DNA of 59,584 nucleotides from an uncultured Candidatus Saccharibacteria bacterium (GTDB lineage Bacteria; Patescibacteriota; Minisyncoccia; Phycocordibacterales; PALSA-1337): NCBI GenBank assembly GCA_964406895.1, contig CAYOTK010000007.1, positions 1 to 59,584 of the forward strand, read 5' to 3'. Shown piece by piece: positions 53,424 to 59,584 of this stretch (position 1 is its first letter; each line of letters starts with the position of its first letter). The notes under the pieces were generated by a model. It saw only the letters and a program-made list of their open reading frames with translations, ran no database searches and was not told where the DNA came from. The position numbers and the translations under genes were made by a program.

Positions 53424-56405
53424 ATGTCAAAAAAGACTGAAAACAAAGACGCTGTTTTTCATTCAATGTATGAAAGACTGAATAAGAAGCAGAAAGAAGC
53501 AGTGGATACAATAGAAGGCCCTGTTATGGTTATTGCTGGTCCGGGAACAGGGAAAACTACAATTCTGACTTTGAGAATTGCGAATATTTTGCGCAAGACA
53601 GATACGCCTCCGTCAGGCATTCTCGCTATTACTTTTACAGATGCAGGAGTAAAAGCCATGAGAATGAAATTGCGAGAAGTTATTGGTGTGCGCGCCGACG
53701 AGGTCAGGATTCATACATTCCATAGTTTCGCAAATTCTATAATCAACGAGTATCAGGATCACTTCGTACATCTTTCTGGTACAAGAATGATGACAGATGT
53801 AGACGCGGAAGAGATGATACGAAAAATACTGAATTATGATATGAAAAGATTTCAGTTATTGAGACCTCTCGGCAATCCTGACTTCTATGTATATCCAATT
53901 AAAGAAGCAATAAGTGATGCAAAGAATGATGCAATAACGCATGCAATGGTAAGAGTTTATGCAAAAGAGCAAATCGAAAAAATCAAAGCCGACAGAGAGA
54001 ATATTGCAACAAAGGGCGTGAATAAGGGGGGATTGAAAGCCGACGCGTTAAAGATGATTGAGAAGTGTGAAAAAACTCTCATATTTGCAGATGTATATGA
54101 ACAATATGAGAAAAGGAAAGATGAAGAAAAATTGACTGATTATGATGATTTGATTTTGCAATTACTTCATGCTTTTAGAAATGATGAATTATTGCTTCGT
54201 ATTATTCAGGAAAATTTCTTGTATATACTCGTAGATGAACATCAGGACACGAATGATTCACAGAATTTATTGATCTCAATGTTGGCGGAATATTTCGAGA
54301 TACCAAATGTTTTTATTGTAGGAGATGAAAAGCAAGCTATTTATCGCTTCCAAGGTGCCTCCGTTCACAATTTTCTGCACTTCCGCAATCAGTGGCGTAA
54401 TATGAAGATTATTTCACTTGAAGATAATTATCGTTCCCACCAAAGTATATTAGATGCTAGTTTCGGAATGATCGAGAATAATTATGATTCTGAGGAGTTG
54501 AAAGATTTGCGCATAAAGCTCAAATCAGGAACAAAAGAAATAAAAAAGCGTCCAATAGATGTGATAAGTGGAAGTAATACAAATGTTATAGAAACATATC
54601 TAATCGAAAATCTACGCAAACATGTGGCAGGAAAAGACACGGTGGCAATAATTACAAAGAAAAATCGCGACCTTGAGCACATTATTCGATTGTTGGAACA
54701 TCATGATATACCTGTCTCTTCATTGAGAAATGTAAATATTTTCAATCATCCAATCTCATCAATATTTTTTGATTTGGCTCGTTTTATTATTGACGAGACT
54801 GATTTTGAAAGCTTTTCAAAAACAATTGTCGCTGGTTTATGGGACATATCTTTCGATGACTCTATATCACTCATAAAAGCATTGAGAAATGATGGGGGCA
54901 AAAATCAACTAGCGATGTTGTTGCCAAGAATCAAAAAGATTCGAGAAAAAATAATCAATGACGATATTATAGGATTCCTTGTAAGTTTGGCCAAGGAATC
55001 TGACTTTGAAAAATTGCTTACCAAAGATCCCGTATATATGGAAGTTTGGAGGGGCATTATAAACCTATCTCAATCACTGATTAGAGAAAATAAGATTAAT
55101 TCACCATTGGAATTATTGAAGAAATTAATTTCATATAAGGATTCATCCGAAACAAAGACTGTGAAGATCAGTATTGGAACGAGTGATTTGCCTATTCAGG
55201 CCATGACTGCCCACGGAAGTAAGGGTCTTGAATATGATTACGTATATATAATGTATGCCAATGAAGAATATTGGATGGGGAGAGAAAGGCCGAAGTATTT
55301 TGCTTTACCAGAATTAGTCGAAACCAATTCTGAAGATAGTACCAAAGATGTTAGGAGACTTTTTTACGTTGCAATAACTCGAGCCAAGAAACATGTTTCA
55401 ATATTGTATGCCGGAGAAGAGGTTGGGGGCAGACATATTACCCCGCTTAGATTCATTGATGAATTAGACTCGAATCACGTCAAACATTTAGAAATAGACA
55501 AGTTATATGATCGTGAAGAATCATATCTCGAAGTGACAAAAAAAAATACAAATAGTAAATTCAATAAAAAACTTTTGGATTATGCAAAAAATATAGTCAT
55601 GGAGAAAGGTATTTCTGTGACGGCGCTTAATCATTATCTCAATTGTCCGTCTGAATTCATGGTTAAAAGTATTTTGAAATTGCCTGAAGCGAAGGCACCT
55701 TTGGCCGAGAAGGGTTCCGCTATTCATGGTGCTTTTGATCGTGTGTGGCGTGAACGCAAAGAAGTCGATGATGGTTACAATATTACTGCAAAGAGTATAG
55801 AAAAAACAACTAAAGATTTCGCCACATCATACTTTTCTGATTCTTTATTATCCAAGAATGAGAAGACAATTGTTCTTTCCGATATTATCAATAAAGCTCC
55901 AATTATTAGTCGAGCACTTAATTCCCATTTTCAAGAAAAAGGTAAGGTTTTTGCTGAGACTTGGTCTGAAACTATATTTAAGTTTGATGATAAAAAGATT
56001 CCGATTCATGGCAAATTGGACGCTATCATTGATAATGGTAAAGAGGTTCTCGTCTTTGATTATAAGTCACGAGAAAAAATGTCTTTGGCAGAAATAAAAG
56101 GGGAGACGAAAAATTCTAATGGTAACTATTTTAGGCAACTTGTTTTCTACAAAATTTTGCTTGAAAGAGATGCACGATTTACAAATAAGAAAATCATTCC
56201 TTCTTTGGTGTTTGTAATGCCAGATGATAAGGGTAGGTGTCCGATTATTACTTTGCCTATAACAAATGATGATATAAGAAAGGTGTATATGGAGATTCAA
56301 AAGCTGATTCACGCTGTTTTTAGTGGAGATATTTCAAACATGAGCTGTGATAATAAAGATTGTGATAGTTGTCGACTGTTTGACAAATCTACTTGTATAG
56401 TGTAA
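53424..56405 (+). CDS. UvrD/PcrA-type SF1 helicase fused to a C-terminal PD-(D/E)XK (Cas4/AddB-like, Cys-cluster) nuclease
   Basis: AGPGTGKTT (motif I), LVDEHQDTN (motif II), VGDEKQAIYRFQGA and AMTAHGSKGLEYDYV. The C-terminus has C in LNCPSEF, GKLDAI...VFDYKS, YFRQLVFY and CDNKDCDSC. Confidence 0.85.
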   Translation: MSKKTENKDAVFHSMYERLNKKQKEAVDTIEGPVMVIAGPGTGKTTILTLRIANILRKTDTPPSGILAITFTDAGVKAMRMKLREVIGVRADEVRIHTFHSFANSIINEYQDHFVHLSGTRMMTDVDAEEMIRKILNYDMKRFQLLRPLGNPDFYVYPIKEAISDAKNDAITHAMVRVYAKEQIEKIKADRENIATKGVNKGGLKADALKMIEKCEKTLIFADVYEQYEKRKDEEKLTDYDDLILQLLHAFRNDELLLRIIQENFLYILVDEHQDTNDSQNLLISMLAEYFEIPNVFIVGDEKQAIYRFQGASVHNFLHFRNQWRNMKIISLEDNYRSHQSILDASFGMIENNYDSEELKDLRIKLKSGTKEIKKRPIDVISGSNTNVIETYLIENLRKHVAGKDTVAIITKKNRDLEHIIRLLEHHDIPVSSLRNVNIFNHPISSIFFDLARFIIDETDFESFSKTIVAGLWDISFDDSISLIKALRNDGGKNQLAMLLPRIKKIREKIINDDIIGFLVSLAKESDFEKLLTKDPVYMEVWRGIINLSQSLIRENKINSPLELLKKLISYKDSSETKTVKISIGTSDLPIQAMTAHGSKGLEYDYVYIMYANEEYWMGRERPKYFALPELVETNSEDSTKDVRRLFYVAITRAKKHVSILYAGEEVGGRHITPLRFIDELDSNHVKHLEIDKLYDREESYLEVTKKNTNSKFNKKLLDYAKNIVMEKGISVTALNHYLNCPSEFMVKSILKLPEAKAPLAEKGSAIHGAFDRVWRERKEVDDGYNITAKSIEKTTKDFATSYFSDSLLSKNEKTIVLSDIINKAPIISRALNSHFQEKGKVFAETWSETIFKFDDKKIPIHGKLDAIIDNGKEVLVFDYKSREKMSLAEIKGETKNSNGNYFRQLVFYKILLERDARFTNKKIIPSLVFVMPDDKGRCPIITLPITNDDIRKVYMEIQKLIHAVFSGDISNMSCDNKDCDSCRLFDKSTCIV

Positions 56406-56477
56406 TGTATTGAAATACCTCATATTTCTCCTATTCTGAATTATCTTTTTAGGCATTGAATTTACAGGTAATAACAT

Positions 56478-57779
56478 ATGTATAAACATTTTAGAAATGC
56501 ACCCGCAGAATCGCGTGGTTTTTCAGGTTCAGCGAAGCGATCAAGTTTCGGTAATAAATCCTCATTCGCCGGTAAGAAAACTGGTGGTATTGGTCGTGGA
56601 AAGGGAGGTTCTAGATTTGGTGGTGGCAGAGGAAGATTCGGTGGCAATAGGGGCGGTCAAAGAGGTGGATTCAGTAAATATATAAATCCTTCAAAATTCA
56701 TAAACAAAGTAACCATGACTGAAGAGGTGCAGGAATTCAAACCCGAGCATGCATTCAGTGATTTTCTCATTGATGAGAGATTGAAAAATGCAATCATAAA
56801 GAAAGGCTATACTTGCCCAACACCAATTCAGGACAGGGCAATTCCTCATATTCTCAAAGGCTCTGATCTAGTTGGTATTGCTAATACTGGCACTGGCAAA
56901 ACAGCAGCCTTTTTGATCCCTCTTATTCATAAAGTATTACTAAATAACAAAGAGCAAATTCTTATCATTGTTCCTACACGTGAACTCGCTATTCAGATCG
57001 AACAAGAATTGAAGAGCTTGGTTTTTGGCATGAAGATATTTTCTGTTTGTTGCGTTGGTGGTATGAACATCGGAAGACAAATATCTGCTTTGAGATACAG
57101 TAATAATTTCATTATAGGTACTCCTGGAAGATTGAAGGATCTTATCAATCGTGGTTTTATAAAGCCTGCAAATTTCAAAACTATTGTTCTTGATGAGGCT
57201 GATAGAATGTTGGATATGGGATTCGTTACTGATATGAGATTGGTCATGTCAGCTATGCCCAAAGATCGTCACACACTATTTTTCTCAGCTACACTTTCAA
57301 GTGAAATTGAGAATCTCATCAAAGAATTCTTGAATAATCCAGTTCGAATTTCGGTCAAAACAGGTGAGACTTCCAAGAATATTGATCAAGATGTTGTAAG
57401 AGTCGGTCTCGGCAAAAACAAATTGGATGTTTTGCATGAATTATTGTCCCAGAAAGATTTCAGTCGAGTTCTTATTTTCGGTCGTACAAAGCATGGGGTA
57501 GAAAGACTCTCAAATATGTTGATTGAAAGAGGTTTCAAAGCAGATTCTATTCATGGGAATAAAAATCACTCAAAGCGCCAACAAGCTTTACGTCTTTTCA
57601 AAGAGGGAAATGTACAAGTGTTAGTCGCCACCGATGTGGCTGCACGAGGTTTGGATATTGCAGACGTGAGTCATGTTATCAATTATGAATTGCCCGCCAC
57701 CTATGATGATTATGTTCATCGTATTGGTAGAACTGGACGCGGTAATAAGAAGGGCAAGGCGCTTACTTTTGTTGATTAA
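56478..57779 (+). CDS. DEAD-box RNA helicase with N-terminal RGG-rich tail
   Basis: Q motif F..F.L......GY..PTPIQ, ANTGTGKT, VLDEADRML, SAT and HRIGRTGRG. The N-terminal roughly 65 aa are G/R/F/S-rich. Confidence 0.92.
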   Translation: MYKHFRNAPAESRGFSGSAKRSSFGNKSSFAGKKTGGIGRGKGGSRFGGGRGRFGGNRGGQRGGFSKYINPSKFINKVTMTEEVQEFKPEHAFSDFLIDERLKNAIIKKGYTCPTPIQDRAIPHILKGSDLVGIANTGTGKTAAFLIPLIHKVLLNNKEQILIIVPTRELAIQIEQELKSLVFGMKIFSVCCVGGMNIGRQISALRYSNNFIIGTPGRLKDLINRGFIKPANFKTIVLDEADRMLDMGFVTDMRLVMSAMPKDRHTLFFSATLSSEIENLIKEFLNNPVRISVKTGETSKNIDQDVVRVGLGKNKLDVLHELLSQKDFSRVLIFGRTKHGVERLSNMLIERGFKADSIHGNKNHSKRQQALRLFKEGNVQVLVATDVAARGLDIADVSHVINYELPATYDDYVHRIGRTGRGNKKGKALTFVD

Positions 57780-57795
57780 TATGTTTGGTTTATAT

Positions 57796-57963
57796 GAGGT
57801 CTTCATTACACAGTCTTTTGAAGACCACGATCAGCCCCATCGACAATAGGGGAAGAGTCGATGGGGCTGTCTATTCGCAGCACCATCTGAGAGTGATTAT
57901 TTAGGCTAATAGTACATGGTGCTTTGCGAAATGGTCTTCAAAAGACTGTGTAATGAAGACCTC
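57796..57963 (+). ncRNA. Second full copy of the stem+core structured element, in the same orientation as 53214..53381
   Basis: 57796-57826 is the exact reverse complement of 57933-57963. The core 57827-57932 is 106 nt, with helices 57832-44/57857-69 and 57874-86/57916-30. The outer stem sequence is unrelated to copy B except for its innermost roughly 12 bp. Confidence 0.8.
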
Positions 57964-58000
57964 TACAAAACTCTCAAGACCTAAAAATAAGACCCAAAAA

Positions 58001-58756
58001 CTACTTAATTTCACTCAAAAGTGTTTCTACTATAGATTTCATCCTTGTGAATGGCAACATGCCTTCTAGGGGTATTTTTGAGCCTGTGGGAGTGATAATA
58101 ACTGAATAAGGAGTACCCGTTATCCCTGCATTCAGGCCATCCATATACTGACTCTCGACTTTTTCTTTGAATCGTCCACTCGTTAAGCATTCATTGAATG
58201 GTACAACTTCCAAACCTACACTTTTCGCTATGATAGGTAGTTGTTTTTGATCTAGACCATTTGGGGTATCATTTGTCACTGCTGGTGTTGTGTCGTATAG
58301 ACGATCAGCATAAGCCCAGAATTTGGAATTGCCTCCGAGAGCTCCTGCACACTCGAGAGCTTGAGCTTCGTTGCCGGCATTCTTGTGTAATATTCCTCCG
58401 TCTGATCTTGTGCCAACCTTGTCCAGTGGGAAATGTCTATAAATCCAAGCGACTTTGCCTGTCGGACCATAAATGTCGATGATCTGCTTCATAATTGGAT
58501 GAAACATTTTACAAAATGGGCAAGAAGTATCTGAATACTCAACTATTTTTATTGGTGCATTTGGATTGCCCAGAATATGATCGGTGGAAGTAACGTCAGA
58601 AATTTCTCTTTGATTTTGTTTGAGACTTGTGTCTGGCTTCGGTACATTTGTATTTTTGTTGGAATGATTGATCCAGAGTAAAGATATACATATCATTGTT
58701 GCAGCTATTATTATGGCCGATGGTAGATTTGATCCCAAAGTATTTTTTTCTGACAT
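58001..58756 (-). CDS. DsbA-family thioredoxin-fold protein, membrane-anchored
   Basis: N-terminal TM segment and a CPFC active site (YSDTSCPFCKMFH). GTPYSVI lies near the C-terminus. Confidence 0.85.
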   Translation of the reverse strand: MSEKNTLGSNLPSAIIIAATMICISLLWINHSNKNTNVPKPDTSLKQNQREISDVTSTDHILGNPNAPIKIVEYSDTSCPFCKMFHPIMKQIIDIYGPTGKVAWIYRHFPLDKVGTRSDGGILHKNAGNEAQALECAGALGGNSKFWAYADRLYDTTPAVTNDTPNGLDQKQLPIIAKSVGLEVVPFNECLTSGRFKEKVESQYMDGLNAGITGTPYSVIITPTGSKIPLEGMLPFTRMKSIVETLLSEIK

Positions 58757-58800
58757 TTTTTTATTGTTATTACTAACTTTACAATTATATCAGTAAGAGA

Positions 58801-59376
58801 CTAAAAGGGTAGTGTAAATGTCATCGCACTATTTGCGATTTTTTCCCAATCTCCTGTATTGAGTTTTATTTCTTTGAGATTACCGAATTCTTTGTATTTG
58901 AGGTGACTGTTTTTCATTGCATAGTCATACAGTTCTTTTGTAATTCTTACATCATCTATGCAATACTTGATGATTTTGTCTATTTCGCCCTTTTTCCACC
59001 ACTCTACTGCTTCTAGTCCGTGTCCACTTTTGTTGATACCTAGAGTTGCTTCAGCTACGCTGTCCAATTTTAGTCTTCTTCCAAGAACATCTCTAACCTC
59101 GCGCATCAAGTCAATGCTTTTGATTTTCTTCAAATCACCTGAATAATACTTGTTCAAAAGTGGTATGTCGAAATGATCGCCATTCCATGTGATGAGCGCA
59201 TCTGCTTGTTCTAATATTTTCCATAATTCTCGGAAATCTTTCTCCAAAAAGCTTTTGTATGAATCATCTAATGAGTCATGAATACAAACCACAGAAATAT
59301 CGAGTGCGGTTGGTTCGTTTGAGCTAACTTCTCCGAAAAGATTCTTTGTTTCAACATCGAAAGTTATTTTGCGCAT
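58801..59376 (-). CDS. DEDD-type 3'-5' exonuclease (RNase H-like, PolB-exo-like)
   Basis: ITFDVETKN (Exo I DxE), WNGDHFDIPLL (Exo II) and KYCIDDVRITKELY (Exo III). ATG 59376 (MRKITFD) is preferred over the TTG at 59412. Confidence 0.7.
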   Translation of the reverse strand: MRKITFDVETKNLFGEVSSNEPTALDISVVCIHDSLDDSYKSFLEKDFRELWKILEQADALITWNGDHFDIPLLNKYYSGDLKKIKSIDLMREVRDVLGRRLKLDSVAEATLGINKSGHGLEAVEWWKKGEIDKIIKYCIDDVRITKELYDYAMKNSHLKYKEFGNLKEIKLNTGDWEKIANSAMTFTLPF

Positions 59377-59584
59377 AGGTAGTATTTTAGACCAGGAATG
59401 AAAGTTGGGCAAATGAACAGATGGGATTTTGTAGAGTTTAGGGTCTAGACTATTTGACAGTCTATCTATACCGTGGTAGGGTGTTACAGGACTAGGATTT
59501 TCGATCCTATTTGCTTGTCCGGCATCACAGGCATAATACCCAAATATCGGGGTATGAAATTTTACTTTTCATGATTTTCGTTTT

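Noticed and set aside
53200-53511. Small ORFs 53178-53378(-), 53200-53511(-), 53202-53423(+) and 53236-53481(+) in the rpoD-helicase spacer.
   Set aside because: They run through the perfect 31-bp palindrome, and the same peptide MGRYFCFGN appears on both strands. That is a mirror artefact of the inverted repeat, not evidence of coding.
56462-56685. A Pro-rich 61-aa minus ORF and a 62-aa plus ORF at the 5' end of the DEAD-box helicase gene.
   Set aside because: They are alternative readings of the repetitive GGN/AGA codons that encode the RGG-rich N-terminal tail of the helicase.
59413-59584. A possible tRNA or small RNA at the window end, with hairpins TAGGAT-TTTCG-ATCCTA and TAGACT-GTCAAA-TAGTCTA.
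   Set aside because: No acceptor stem or anticodon arm can be built, and the loop does not fit a T-loop. This is probably intergenic hairpins plus the last 20 codons of an upstream minus-strand gene cut by the window edge. There is too little sequence to call.
1-59584. CRISPR arrays, rRNA genes, and transposase, integrase or reverse-transcriptase genes.
   Set aside because: I found no regularly spaced direct repeats, no rRNA-like conserved blocks, and no ORF with DDE, tyrosine or serine recombinase, or YxDD motifs when reading the six-frame track.

Overview
AT-rich bacterial chromosome segment (about one-third G+C by eye) with short, tightly packed genes and often weak Shine-Dalgarno signals. 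This fits a reduced Patescibacteria/CPR-like genome, but that assignment is inference. About 60 protein genes are supported, mostly housekeeping: rplS; secE-nusG-rplK; a dTMP-cycle island (DHFR-like, dCMP deaminase, dut, thyA, tmk, glyA) with folD nearby; ileS, recO, glyQS, metG, tatD-like; rpsF-ssb-rpsR; efp, recA, ftsK; KH-trmD; rpoB-rpoC; dnaG-rpoD; a UvrD-type helicase fused to a Cas4/AddB-like nuclease; a DEAD-box helicase; two DsbA-like proteins and a VKOR. There are two tRNAs (Leu-GAG, His-GTG). I saw no rRNA, CRISPR array, transposase, integrase or reverse transcriptase. The most unusual signals are non-coding. (1) A roughly 168-nt element has a perfect 31-bp stem and a conserved 106-nt multi-helix core with compensatory base changes; it occurs in 2 full copies and 1 copy cut by the window edge, and the two full copies bracket the two helicase genes. 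(2) A related 158-nt perfect-stem palindrome lies after rpoC. (3) Two G+C-rich, highly structured RNA-like blocks (622-859 and 19381-19656) fit no family I can name. Protein-level oddities are a histidine-phosphatase domain embedded in IleRS, a diphtheria-toxin/PARP-like (H-Y-E) ADP-ribosyltransferase candidate, a G+C-rich in-frame insert in glyA, and G+C-rich genes (thyA plus three orphan ORFs) with strong terminators. All family calls come from motifs read by eye; no database search was run.
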